NCBI GenBank assembly: GCA_965198225.1
Contig: CBDAOY010000008.1
Coordinates: 160,001-224,000, forward strand
Length of the DNA: 64,000 nucleotides
Source: Terriglobia bacterium
Lineage (GTDB): Bacteria > Acidobacteriota > Terriglobia > 20CM-2-55-15
Direction of reading: 5' to 3'
A model generated the notes under the pieces. That model was not told where the DNA came from, made no database searches, and worked only from the letters and a program-made list of their open reading frames with translations. Made by a program: the position numbers and the translations under genes. Of this stretch, positions 50,838 to 60,799 are shown one piece after another (positions within the stretch are counted from its first letter, which is position 1; the number at the start of each line of letters is the position of its first letter).

Positions 50838-52712
50838 CTACGGGACGAGCGGAATAAACGGTTTCTTGGACATATGCCACTCCCCGGTTGCGGGATCGTA
50901 CCTGGAATTGACGAACACCTTCCAGTTCTCTTCGTCCAGCTTCGGGAAATCGCCGCGGTAGTAGTACCCGGGCCACCGGGTTTCTTCCCTGAACTGGATG
51001 TGACGCAGGTGCGATTCCGCGCACCACGTCCGATCCCACAGCTCCCAGCACCGGAGCAGATCGTGGAGATCCCGCGCGCCCAGCTTCTGGAGGTCTTCCC
51101 GGTAAAGACCCAGCAGCTCCAGGCCCCTCGCCAGGGTGGGGCCGTTTGTCATGTAGAAGTTCCCCGGACCCGCGACGTACTCGTCCATCGTCTTTTGGAG
51201 CCGCATCAGAGCCTGCTTGGGCAGGAGGTAATGGGGATTGACCTCCACGCGTGTCGAGGCATCCTTGTGCTCCTCCAGGGTCTGGAACGGCTGATAGAGC
51301 TCTGCCTTGATGGCCTCGACCCTGCCGTCGTCGTAGCGCAGCGGATTGGGATGGTCGGCGATGTAGGCGACCGCCGCCTTGCCCGCCATCCGTCCCTCGG
51401 TGAACGAACCCGACGAGAACTTGTGCGCCGATGCTCCCACTCCGTCCCCCGCCGCAAACAGGCCGTTGATGGTCGTCATGCGGTTGTAGCCCCAGAAGTA
51501 TTCCTTCGGTGAAATATCTTCCGGTCCGCTGACCCAGGCGCCGCATGCCGAGGAGTGCGAGCCCATCAGGTAGGGTTCCGTGAGAATGATCTCCGATGGC
51601 GTCTTCGCGGGATCGATGTTCTCCGATGCCCACAGCAGAGCCTGCGACATCGTCATGTCGAGAAAGTCTTCCCACGCATCGGACTCGATCTCCTTCATCT
51701 TCTTCTTGTCGTTCTGCACCTCGGTGAACAACTTCTGGAGCGCTTTGTCGGTCCGCATGTAGTGAGGCCCCCGGCCGTCCTTGATGTCGTTCAACATCAA
51801 ATGGTTCCGGAGCGGTGTCGGCACAGGCTTCGCCCGGCCGTATTCCCCCCACTCGAGCAGCTCGTGGGCGCGAGTCTTCTCCAGTTCGTCGCCGTATGCG
51901 TTCTCGGCTTTGGCCTTGAAGAGCAGGAACCAGGCACCGACCGGGCCGTAGCCGTCCTTGAAGCGCGTGACGACCACGCGGTGCTCCATCTGGGTCATCT
52001 CGGCGCCGGCTTTCTGCATCAGGCTGTATGCGGAGCCGGTATTCCACACGGCGTACCAGATCCGGCCGAGTCCCTCGCCAGTTGCACGGGGACGGAAGAC
52101 GTTCGTGGCGCCGCCAGCCGAGCAGATCACGGTCCTGGACTTGAAGACATAGATTTTGTGGTCCCTCACGCTGAACCCGACCGCGCCCGAGACCGTCGTC
52201 GGCTCGTCGGCGTCGGTCAGCAGATGGGAAACGAAGATTCTCTCGTAGACGTTCCCCTCGCCGACCGCTTTCTTTGCCGCTTCCGCGACGATCGGCTTGT
52301 AGGACTCGCCGTGGATCATCACCTGCCACTTGCCTTCCCGTTTGTAGGTCCCGTCTTCGTTCTTGAAGAACGGCAGGCCCCATTCTTCGAACATGTGGAC
52401 GCTCTCATCCACGTGCCGGGCGATGTCATAGACCAGGTCCTCGCGCGACAGGCCCATCAGGTCGTTCCGGACATACCGGACGAAATCCTCCGGCTGGTTC
52501 TCGCCGTTCTTCATTCCCATGTAGCAGTTGATGGCGGACAGGCCCATCGCGACCGCCCCGCTTCTCTCCGTGGCGGCTTTCTCGACGAGCACAACCCGCA
52601 ACCCTTTTTCCTTGGCCCAGTAGGCGGCTTCGAAAGCGGCCCCGGTACCGGCCATTCCGCCGCCGACGACCAGGACGTCACATTCGACTGTTTCGACTTC
52701 AGGCTCAATCAT
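50838..52712 (-). CDS. aprA: Adenylylsulfate reductase alpha subunit
   Basis: RSGAVAMGLSAIN, WQVMIHGESYK, RFKDGYGPVGAW, HKFSSGS and ETRWPGYYYR. Confidence 0.97.
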   Translation of the reverse strand: MIEPEVETVECDVLVVGGGMAGTGAAFEAAYWAKEKGLRVVLVEKAATERSGAVAMGLSAINCYMGMKNGENQPEDFVRYVRNDLMGLSREDLVYDIARHVDESVHMFEEWGLPFFKNEDGTYKREGKWQVMIHGESYKPIVAEAAKKAVGEGNVYERIFVSHLLTDADEPTTVSGAVGFSVRDHKIYVFKSRTVICSAGGATNVFRPRATGEGLGRIWYAVWNTGSAYSLMQKAGAEMTQMEHRVVVTRFKDGYGPVGAWFLLFKAKAENAYGDELEKTRAHELLEWGEYGRAKPVPTPLRNHLMLNDIKDGRGPHYMRTDKALQKLFTEVQNDKKKMKEIESDAWEDFLDMTMSQALLWASENIDPAKTPSEIILTEPYLMGSHSSACGAWVSGPEDISPKEYFWGYNRMTTINGLFAAGDGVGASAHKFSSGSFTEGRMAGKAAVAYIADHPNPLRYDDGRVEAIKAELYQPFQTLEEHKDASTRVEVNPHYLLPKQALMRLQKTMDEYVAGPGNFYMTNGPTLARGLELLGLYREDLQKLGARDLHDLLRCWELWDRTWCAESHLRHIQFREETRWPGYYYRGDFPKLDEENWKVFVNSRYDPATGEWHMSKKPFIPLVP

Positions 52713-52818
52713 TCGCTGCCTCCAGTGATCACGGCGTGAGGGCGCGGGCCCTCGTCTTCATCCAGATATCTCGTCAGGGCCGGTTGTCGGGAAGGAAAAC
52801 CCTCTGACCAGAACGGCT

Positions 52819-53265
52819 TCAGTTCGAAAGTGCGGGCAGGTTGTCAACGCCCAGGTACTCCGACTGGCCGTACAACGCCTGTGTCCGCAGTGCATCGGGT
52901 GGGGGGCTTGCCGACACCCGGAACGGCTCGATCGTTCCCCAGGCGGTCGTGCGGATCGCGTATTTGAACCGCTTCATCTGGCCGTTCCGGTACTTCACGG
53001 TCCACATGATGGAGTCCGTGCCCCTGAGCGGCGTCAAGCTTGCGCCCAGCGGAACGACGTCATTGTACCCGCGCATGTCGATCGCGGACTGCGGGCACGT
53101 CTTGACGCACGAATAGCACTCCCAGCACATGTCCGGTTCCAGGTTGTACGCCTTTCCCAGCGCCGGATCCAGCGCCATGATGTCGCTGGGACAGATGTAG
53201 TGACACGCCGGCCGATCCAGAGCCTTGCAGCCGTCACACTTGTTCGGGTTCACATACGTGGGCAT
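52819..53265 (-). CDS. aprB: Adenylylsulfate reductase beta subunit
   Basis: MPTYV..KCDGCK...C.YICP and CWECYSCVKTCP. Confidence 0.97.
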   Translation of the reverse strand: MPTYVNPNKCDGCKALDRPACHYICPSDIMALDPALGKAYNLEPDMCWECYSCVKTCPQSAIDMRGYNDVVPLGASLTPLRGTDSIMWTVKYRNGQMKRFKYAIRTTAWGTIEPFRVSASPPPDALRTQALYGQSEYLGVDNLPALSN

Positions 53266-53283
53266 GTATTCATTCCTCCGGGC

Positions 53284-54498
53284 CTATTCACCCTCGGCGT
53301 ACTTGTGGAGTTTGACCTCCACCCTGTCCTCGAGTGTTCTGTAGTATTCCTTGAGAATAGCCAGCACTTCGGGCCGACTGAAGTGGTCGGGCACGTCCTC
53401 CCCGCTCGACAGCCACTTCCGGAGCATCGTTCCGCTCACCAGCAGCCGATCCTCCTTGCCGTGCGGACAGGTCTTCATCGACGCGACGCCGTCACACCGG
53501 GCGCAGTAAAAAGTCCAGTCGATCTTGAGAGGCCGTATCTCCAGCGCGTCTTCCGGAATCTCGTCGAAGATGTGATGAGCGTCGAACGGACCGTAGTACT
53601 CTCCCACCCCGGCATGGTCGCGTCCAACGATGAGGTGGCTGCAGCCAAAGTTCTGCCGGAACACCGCATGCAACAGTGCCTCTCTCGGTCCTCCGTATCG
53701 CATCTCCATGGGATACACGGCCTGGATGCAGGTATCGTCTACAAAATAGTTCTCCACCAGCATGTCGACGGCGCCGACGCGAACCTCCGCGGGAATGTCT
53801 CCCGGCTTCAGTTTTCCCACCAGCTGGTGGATCAGGATTCCGTCGCAGACTTCGATGGCGATCTTCGCCAGGTACTCGTGGGAACGATGCATCGGATTTC
53901 GCAGCTGCAGCGCTGCGACCGCGCTCCATCCCTTCTGCTCGAACAGTTGCCGCGTTTCCACCGGCCGGAGGTAGCTGCCGGAGTACTTCTTCGGGTACGG
54001 GCCTTCGCTCAAGACCCGGACCTTCCCGCCGATGTTCACATCCCCCTGGGCCATCACCGTGGCGACGCCGGGATGCTCCGAGTCGGTGGTCTTGAAAACC
54101 TGTTTGCACTCGTGAGCCTTGTCGATCCGGTATTTCTCGTCGATGACGAGGCTTCCCATGAGCTCGTCGCTTTCGGAATCGACGAGAGCCACCTCCTGTC
54201 CGTCTCTCAAGCCGTCCGCCTCTTCCGGAGTTGCCGAAAGCGTGATCGGAATGGGCCAGAAGCAGCCGGCGTCAGTCCGAAGCGCGTCGCACACGCCCTG
54301 CCAGTCGGCACGACCCATGAAGCCGTCCAACGGTGTGAACGCTCCGATACCCATCATGATGAGGTCGGAAGTTTCCCTGGACGTCATCCGAACCTGAGCC
54401 AGCCCGGCGATCCTCTCCCGTTCTTCTCGAAGCTCGGCTCCTGAGGTCAGGAGCGGCTTCAACTTGCGTTCTGAACCATGCGGGTTCGCCAGAGCCAT
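53284..54498 (-). CDS. sat: Sulfate adenylyltransferase (dissimilatory type)
   Basis: [28 protein letters not shown] and SGTMLR. Confidence 0.97.
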   Translation of the reverse strand: MALANPHGSERKLKPLLTSGAELREERERIAGLAQVRMTSRETSDLIMMGIGAFTPLDGFMGRADWQGVCDALRTDAGCFWPIPITLSATPEEADGLRDGQEVALVDSESDELMGSLVIDEKYRIDKAHECKQVFKTTDSEHPGVATVMAQGDVNIGGKVRVLSEGPYPKKYSGSYLRPVETRQLFEQKGWSAVAALQLRNPMHRSHEYLAKIAIEVCDGILIHQLVGKLKPGDIPAEVRVGAVDMLVENYFVDDTCIQAVYPMEMRYGGPREALLHAVFRQNFGCSHLIVGRDHAGVGEYYGPFDAHHIFDEIPEDALEIRPLKIDWTFYCARCDGVASMKTCPHGKEDRLLVSGTMLRKWLSSGEDVPDHFSRPEVLAILKEYYRTLEDRVEVKLHKYAEGE

Positions 54499-54798
54499 TC
54501 AGATCCTCACCTAAACCTGCGCCAACCGAACAGAAGCGTTCGGTGCTGCGGGTAAAGAACTGGAAAAATGAACGAACGTAAACGCTGGACTCAATAAGAT
54601 GCTTCTTACAAAGGCCTTAGCGGGCGACCGAATCATAGACGGAGATGCCCGGCAACGCAACCGTTTTGACGAAAACGTACGCCGCCGGGAAAAAGTTTGA
54701 CTTTCGAAACGGGAGCCGTTTAAACAGGCAAGTGGACTTGACCGGCGTCCGATCGGTGACCTCCAATTTCCGTACCGCCTTCCGAAGGAGACAGAGAC

Positions 54799-55726
54799 AT
54801 GAATCGCTTTCGAACACTCGTTTTCTTGTTTGCCCTTTCACTGATTCCGATCGGCGGCCTGGCGCAGACCAATCCCCTGTGGCACGGACAGAAGATCAAG
54901 AATTACCTGCCTCATATGACGAGGCCGGAGGTGGAAGATCTATTGACGCGGACCGACATGGCGTTGATCCCCGTTCCTTCGCTCGAACAGCATGGATTGC
55001 ACTTGCCGATCGGAACGGATTTTCTGAGCGGGATCGGTCGCGCGCAGTTGATCGCCCAGAAAACCGACGTTCTGGTGGCACCGGTTCTGTTCGTGGGCAA
55101 CGCCCCCTATCACATGGGCTATGCGGGCACGATGACGCTGTCGGCCGAAACGATCCAGCAGGTCTACTTCGAGGCGGCACAGAGTCTGATGCACCACGGC
55201 TTCAAGCGTTTCCTGATAATGAACAGTCACGGCGGAAACCGGGTCATTTCCCAATACATCGTCGACCGCATCAACCACGAGACTCCTGGGATTGCGGTGG
55301 AGCTTGGAGCGGCTTCGGCCCCGTTCCTCTCCCGCGAGACGAACAACAGCCCGCCCAGCACGGTTTTTGACCGCCACGGGGGAGTGGGGGAGACCTCCCG
55401 GGGGCTCTACATGTTTCCCCAGCCTGGTCGACATGGACAGCGCCGAGACGGCAACTCTGACGATGCCTGAACACATGGAAAGAATGCTGCCCGAAGTGGT
55501 CGCAGGCGACCGCACGGCACTGATGGTGTTGCTGGCGGAAGGGCTCAAGAAGGAGGAGACCGGCAAGAAGACTTCTGTCCGGGAGATGTCGAGCACGGGC
55601 GTCTGGGGAGTCCGGGACCTCCGGGAGGCCAGCGCTGAGAGGGGAGAGCAGGCAACGCTGAGGTCCGTTGAAGCGGCCGTCGCGTTCATCGAACGCTGGA
55701 AACAACTGCGGCCGAGGGAACCCTAG
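54799..55726 (+). pseudogene. Exported creatininase-family protein with a +1 frameshift at about 55417-55420
   Basis: EQHGLHLPIGTD, NSHGGN and HGGVGETS. The C-terminus (SLVDM...STGVWG...ASAERG) is in another frame after CCCC. Confidence 0.82.
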
Positions 55727-55992
55727 TGGCCTGTAACAGAGAGAGTGATAGTGGCGTTGCGAGCGCAACGGTACCGGATTCTAGGAGCGCCGCCCGAGGT
55801 AATGCTGCTTCATTGCGAGAAGGCGCGACGACGAAGACGGTGCTGTTCCGCCGCAACCCGAAGGGACGATGGGCCTTGCCGCCACGCAGAGAAGTTATGA
55901 AACACGCGATGTTTTTCGACTTGCAACGACTTATGAGAGGACCCGCAAGGCCCATCGGCGACGCTGTCACTATCTCTGTTACAGGCTGCTAG
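55723..55992 (+). mobile_element. CTAG-bounded structured element, copy C
   Basis: Terminal inverted repeat CTAGTGGCCTGTAACAGAGAGAGTGA / TCACTATCTCTGTTACAGGCTGCTAG. The left CTAG contains the creatininase stop. Confidence 0.75.
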
Positions 55993-56031
55993 GACTACCA
56001 CTAAAGATAGGCCGATAACTATAAAGATAGA

Positions 56032-56060
56032 TTGACAAGGCTTGCGAACGGAAGTATATC
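56032..56060 (+). promoter_or_regulatory. Putative sigma70 promoter
   Basis: TTGACA-N17-TATATC, preceded by two TAAAGATAG repeats 20 bp apart. Confidence 0.5.
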
Positions 56061-56213
56061 TCCCCTGAGACTAAACCTTTTGACAGATTGGTAGATCGAA
56101 AGGTGGTTACGCGAGCTTTCGAGACACGACCCGAAATTGGCGCAGCATATCCGTTTCGAGACACGAGCCGATGCTTGGGTCCGGTTCGCGAAGAGTCCAG
56201 TTTCTAGGACGGA

Positions 56214-56244
56214 GGCTGGGGGCTCGAGCCCCGGCTTTTTTTTT
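56214..56244 (+). terminator. Terminator-like hairpin inside the TBDR 5' leader
   Basis: GGCTGGGG-GCTCGAG-CCCCGGC followed by T9. Confidence 0.65.
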
Positions 56245-56381
56245 GGCAAGGATGCCGAACTGGTACTGTCGGAACCCCGAAATTGGCGCAGCATATCCGT
56301 TTGAGGCTTGAACAAGCGATCAAGTCGCAGACAGGCTCAACCTTGGCACATTTCCGTTTTTGGGATGGGAGGTAGAGATTG

Positions 56382-59300
56382 ATGTTTGAGAAGAGGCGAA
56401 TATTTACTATAGCAACCGTGGTTCTGGCTCTCACGCTGTCGGTAACCGGGCAAGCGTGGGCTCAGGGCAGCACCGGAACGATCTCGGGAACGACCGCGGA
56501 CCAGACGGGTGCGGTACTTCCGGGAGTCACCGTCCGGGCCACCAACAGCGGGACGAACCTGACGCGGGAAGTTCTGACGAACGAGAGCGGTCAGTTTCAG
56601 CTGACGTTCCTGCCGGTCGGGACATACGACGTCAGCGCGGAGTTCCCCGGTTTCAGGACCGAGATCCGCAGCGGGATCACCGTCCAGACCGACCAGCGGG
56701 CGACGATCAGCTTCAGCCTGGAGGTCGGCCAGCTCACCGAAAGCATCACGGTCAGTGAAGACGCCCCGCTGGTGCAGAGCGAAACGTCGTCCATCGGCAA
56801 CGTCATCGATAACAAGAAGATCACGGAACTGCCGTTGAACGGTCGGGCGTTCCAGAACCTGACCCTCCTCGCGCCGGGAGCCATGGAGCCGGCCGAAGGC
56901 TCAGGCCTCGGCTTCCGCGGAGGTATCACGGTCGCGGGAGCGCGGGAAGAGTCGACGGTCTTTTCTCTTGACGGCATCGACATCGTCAACGGACTGGTCG
57001 GCATGACCACGTTCAAGCCCTCGATCGATTCGGTCCAGGAATTCAAGGTCCAGACCTCGACCTATTCCGCGGAACTTGGACAGATGGCTGGCGGCCAGAT
57101 CGCGGTCACGACGAAGTCGGGATCGAACCAGTTTCACGGTGTTGCCTACAATTTCCTCCGCAATTCCGTGATGGATGCGAAGAATTTCTTCCACCCGTCT
57201 GGCGAAGACATCGCCGCTTTCCAGCGGAACAACTTCGGTGGCAACATCGGCGGCCCCATCGTGCAAGATAGGACATTCTTCTTCTTCAATGCGGAGTATT
57301 TGAGGGAGAGGCGCGGTGTCACTGCAGCGGCCACGGTCCCGCTGCCCGCAATGCTGGACGGTGACTTCTCTGCGCTGTCCAAACAATTGGTGAATCCGTA
57401 CACGGGGGAGCCGTTTCCGAACAACCAGATTCCGTCCAGCATGTTCAATGCTTCGGGAAAGGCTCTGGTCGAGCTGGGTTACCGCCCCTACGCCCCCAAC
57501 CAGGCCGGGCTGACCCGCAACTTTTCGTCGAACCCGAAGAACCAGCACGACACCGAACAGTACACCGTCCGATTCGATCACCAATTCTCGGACTTCAACA
57601 GCTTCTTCGCGCGCTATTCGTTCAACGACGACTTCGTTAAAGACCCCTTCAACGAGTTCGGTGGAATCACCAGCATCCCCGATATCGGCACCCGCCTGGA
57701 CACCCAGAAGGCCCAGAGCCTGTCGCTCACCGACACGCATGTCTTCTCGGCCGCGACCGTCCTTGAAGTTCGTCTGGGCTACAACCGTCTGTCGCAGTTC
57801 CGTCGGGGACTTATCCGGACCGATATCCCGCGTCAGGTGGGCATCTCCGGCACGACCGACAACGAGTTTAACTTCGGCTGGCCACGCATCCAGATGACCG
57901 GCTACGACGATCTCGGCACGCAGTCGTTCCCGACCGACCGAGGCGACAACACCTACCAGGTTGTGATGGGCCTGACCCACACGCGCGGGAACCACAACAT
58001 CAAGACCGGTTTCAACATCGAGCAGTTCCGGTCCAACCGGCTGAACAACTCCCGATCGCTCGGCCTCTACCGCTTTGGCGGTGGCTTTACCGGCGATGCC
58101 GTTGGCGATCTACTCTTGGGTCTGCCGAACCGTGCACAGCGGCGCCTCGGCGACACGCGAAATCCGATCCGGCACGAAGCCTATGGTTTCTACGTTCAGG
58201 ACGACTGGAAGGTCATGCCGAACCTGACGTTGAACCTCGGCCTCCGATACGAGCTCATCACGCCGTTCACATCCACTTCGGACCGGATGTCGAACTTCAA
58301 CCCCGATTGCACCTGCATCGAAATCGCGGGCACGGCCAACACACGCCGGGACATTTCCCGGCCCGAGAATACCGATCCGGATATCGCGGCTCTGCTGGCC
58401 AATGTCACTTTCGTGGACCTCGGGGTTAAGAAAGTCTTCGAGGGCGACCACAACAATTTTGCACCCCGTTTCGGGTTCGCCTACGACGTGTTCGGCACCG
58501 GGCGGACCGTGTTGAAAGGCGGAGCCGGCGTCTTCATGGACATGATGCGCCTGAACAACGGGATCGGGCTCTCCAACAACGTCCCGTTCCGGTTCACCCA
58601 GACGTTTAACTTCAACTCCGGCGATCTCTCCTTCCTCGACCTCTCGAATCCGTTCCCGGCTGGCCGCGGGGCCTCGACTCTCGGGCCGGTCTCGACACAG
58701 AAAGACTGGAAGAACGCGCACGTCGAACAGTGGAACCTCGGCTTCCAGCACGAACTTCTGTCCAACATGGTGCTCGATTTCAGTTACGCGGGGGCGAAGG
58801 GCAACAACCTCCATCAAACCACCAATATCAATCAGCCGCGTCCAAGCCCCACCGGGAGCATCAACTCGCGGCGGCCGATCCAGGGATTCGCCAACATCAA
58901 TCAGCGCCAGTCCGCCGCGCAGTCGAGTTTCCACGCCCTGCTGGGGCGCATCGAAAAGCGATTCTCCGACGACATCACGTTCTTGATGTCCTACACGTGG
59001 TCGAAATCGATCGACAACTTCTCCGGACGCCGGACCGCGGGGGATGGGAGCACACCACAGGATTCCCAGAACTGGGCCGCCAACCGTGGTGTCTCGGGTT
59101 TCGACGCCACGCACCGGATGGTGTTCAACTACGTCTACGAACTGCCGTTCGGTCGAGGAAAACAGTGGCTGGCCGACGGCCCGGCTAGCTACATCTTAGG
59201 TGGCTGGGAATTGTCCGGGATCTGGACGTTCATGTCGGGTCGCCCGCTGACACCAAGGCTGAGAAGCGACAACAGCCGGACCGGCTCCTCCAGTACGGAT

Positions 59301-59642
59301 CATCCGAACCTCATTGGAGATGTCGTCCTGTCGCGAGGCCAGCGTACGATCGATCGGTGGTTCAACATCGACGCTTTCGCGATGCCGGCTCGAGGCACGT
59401 TCGGAAATTCGGGTCGCAATATCGTGCGCGGCCCCGGCACTGCAAACGTCGACATGTCGTTCTTGAAGAACCACTACTACGGCGAGCAGGGCAACATTCA
59501 ATTCCGGGTGGAGGTCTTCAACCTTCCCAACCACCCGAACTTCAACATGCCGAACCGAGACTTCGGCACGAGAAACTTCGGAAAGATCTTCTCAGCGCGC
59601 CCGTCGCGCCAGATTCAGTTGAGCATCAAGATGTATTTCTAA
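56382..59642 (+). CDS. TonB-dependent receptor (Oar-like)
   Basis: Signal peptide, ELPLNGR, VQEFKVQTS, YVQDDWKV..LTLNLGLRYE, NNFAPRFG and RQIQLSIKMYF. Confidence 0.93.
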   Translation: MFEKRRIFTIATVVLALTLSVTGQAWAQGSTGTISGTTADQTGAVLPGVTVRATNSGTNLTREVLTNESGQFQLTFLPVGTYDVSAEFPGFRTEIRSGITVQTDQRATISFSLEVGQLTESITVSEDAPLVQSETSSIGNVIDNKKITELPLNGRAFQNLTLLAPGAMEPAEGSGLGFRGGITVAGAREESTVFSLDGIDIVNGLVGMTTFKPSIDSVQEFKVQTSTYSAELGQMAGGQIAVTTKSGSNQFHGVAYNFLRNSVMDAKNFFHPSGEDIAAFQRNNFGGNIGGPIVQDRTFFFFNAEYLRERRGVTAAATVPLPAMLDGDFSALSKQLVNPYTGEPFPNNQIPSSMFNASGKALVELGYRPYAPNQAGLTRNFSSNPKNQHDTEQYTVRFDHQFSDFNSFFARYSFNDDFVKDPFNEFGGITSIPDIGTRLDTQKAQSLSLTDTHVFSAATVLEVRLGYNRLSQFRRGLIRTDIPRQVGISGTTDNEFNFGWPRIQMTGYDDLGTQSFPTDRGDNTYQVVMGLTHTRGNHNIKTGFNIEQFRSNRLNNSRSLGLYRFGGGFTGDAVGDLLLGLPNRAQRRLGDTRNPIRHEAYGFYVQDDWKVMPNLTLNLGLRYELITPFTSTSDRMSNFNPDCTCIEIAGTANTRRDISRPENTDPDIAALLANVTFVDLGVKKVFEGDHNNFAPRFGFAYDVFGTGRTVLKGGAGVFMDMMRLNNGIGLSNNVPFRFTQTFNFNSGDLSFLDLSNPFPAGRGASTLGPVSTQKDWKNAHVEQWNLGFQHELLSNMVLDFSYAGAKGNNLHQTTNINQPRPSPTGSINSRRPIQGFANINQRQSAAQSSFHALLGRIEKRFSDDITFLMSYTWSKSIDNFSGRRTAGDGSTPQDSQNWAANRGVSGFDATHRMVFNYVYELPFGRGKQWLADGPASYILGGWELSGIWTFMSGRPLTPRLRSDNSRTGSSSTDHPNLIGDVVLSRGQRTIDRWFNIDAFAMPARGTFGNSGRNIVRGPGTANVDMSFLKNHYYGEQGNIQFRVEVFNLPNHPNFNMPNRDFGTRNFGKIFSARPSRQIQLSIKMYF

Positions 59643-59658
59643 GCGAACGCTCTAACCG

Positions 59659-59689
59659 AAGGGGTGCCGGAAACGGCACCCCTTTTTTT
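59659..59689 (+). terminator. Intrinsic terminator
   Basis: AAGGGGTGCCG-GAAA-CGGCACCCC followed by T7. Confidence 0.85.
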
Positions 59690-59849
59690 GGGTTTGCAAC
59701 TTTTTCGGTGTTAGTCTTTTCCCCACATTCGAGAATCCCCGCCAATCGAGGAGCCCGTTGCAAGATTCGCGGACAGTTGTGTTGGCCCGTCCTGCTTGTT
59801 TCGCGTGCGATCCGGCTTCGGACGGGGAACGGAGTGTATGGAGGAACCG

Positions 59850-60650
59850 ATGAGCTCGACTCTGTCCTGGCTTAAGAAGTTCGTGGTGTGCGCGTGCCTG
59901 ATCGTCGCAGTCGCGAGCGCCGGTTTGTCACAGTCTCAACTTGTACGAATTGAGGACATGACCTGGGAGGAGGTATCCGAAGCCATCCAGGCCGGGAAGA
60001 CCACCGCGGTGTACTACGCCGGGAGCATCGAGCAGAATGGTCTCCACATGGCGTTTGGGAAGCACGGGCTTGTCGCCGAATGGGTCGGTGAGCGCATCGT
60101 TCGTGAATTGGGCAACGCGATTCTGTACCCCGTCATGCCGTTCGCGCCATTGGGCGACCCGTTGGTCAAGGAGAACTTCATGGCCTACCCGGGTTCGATC
60201 AGTCTGACGGATGAGACTTACGGAGCGGTTGCGCGCGACGTGGCCCTGAGCGCGATGACGTCCGGTTTCAAGCACATCGTCCTGATGGGCGATCACGGAG
60301 GCGGACAGGCAACGCTCAAGAACGTCGCCGAGGAGCTCGATCGGGAATACCGCGCTAATGGGGTTCGGTTTCACTACGGGGACGACGTCTACAGGCTGGC
60401 CGGTGCGAAGTTCCGCGAATACCTTGCCTCCAAGCATCTCGAAGGCGCGGGACATGCCGGGATTCAGGACACGTCCGAGATCATGTACCTGCGCCCGGAG
60501 TGGATTCGATTCGACCGGATCGACGAGGCCGGCTCCGACAACGGCGTGGCGGGCGATCCACGGGATTCGGCACCGGCGCTGGGCAAAGTGTTTCTCGACA
60601 TGAAGGTCGAACTGGCGGTTAAACAGATTCGCAGCCTGGTCGGAAACTGA
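59850..60650 (+). CDS. Exported creatininase-family protein
   Basis: IEDMTWEEV, GSIEQNGLH, GDHGG and HAGIQDTS. Confidence 0.85.
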   Translation: MSSTLSWLKKFVVCACLIVAVASAGLSQSQLVRIEDMTWEEVSEAIQAGKTTAVYYAGSIEQNGLHMAFGKHGLVAEWVGERIVRELGNAILYPVMPFAPLGDPLVKENFMAYPGSISLTDETYGAVARDVALSAMTSGFKHIVLMGDHGGGQATLKNVAEELDREYRANGVRFHYGDDVYRLAGAKFREYLASKHLEGAGHAGIQDTSEIMYLRPEWIRFDRIDEAGSDNGVAGDPRDSAPALGKVFLDMKVELAVKQIRSLVGN

Positions 60651-60799
60651 CGTCGCCGGGCCTTCGCCGGCAGCTTTGTACGCCAGCATGAGAACCGCGC
60701 CCGAAGTCGTCCCGGCTCGCTATCGGCGAACCTTCTTCATGGCGTGTGGCCACCAACCGGAGGCTTTTACCCTCCGGCCGCCGTCGGTATAGTATTCGG

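Noticed and set aside
50827-52383. 953-aa QmoA with a long N-terminal extension
   Set aside because: The extension is an alternative frame overlapping aprA. QmoA similarity starts at ATG 50826.
54499-54798. SAM riboswitch or Rex site upstream of sat
   Set aside because: I could not find the consensus elements on either strand.
55726-55992. Small ORFs within the 275-bp elements (also 19442-19660)
   Set aside because: The frame and start are not consistently kept across the three copies. Conservation follows base pairing.
56137-56152. Sigma54 promoter at TTGGCGCAGCATATCC
   Set aside because: A -24-like TGGC is present but the -12 TTGC is missing.
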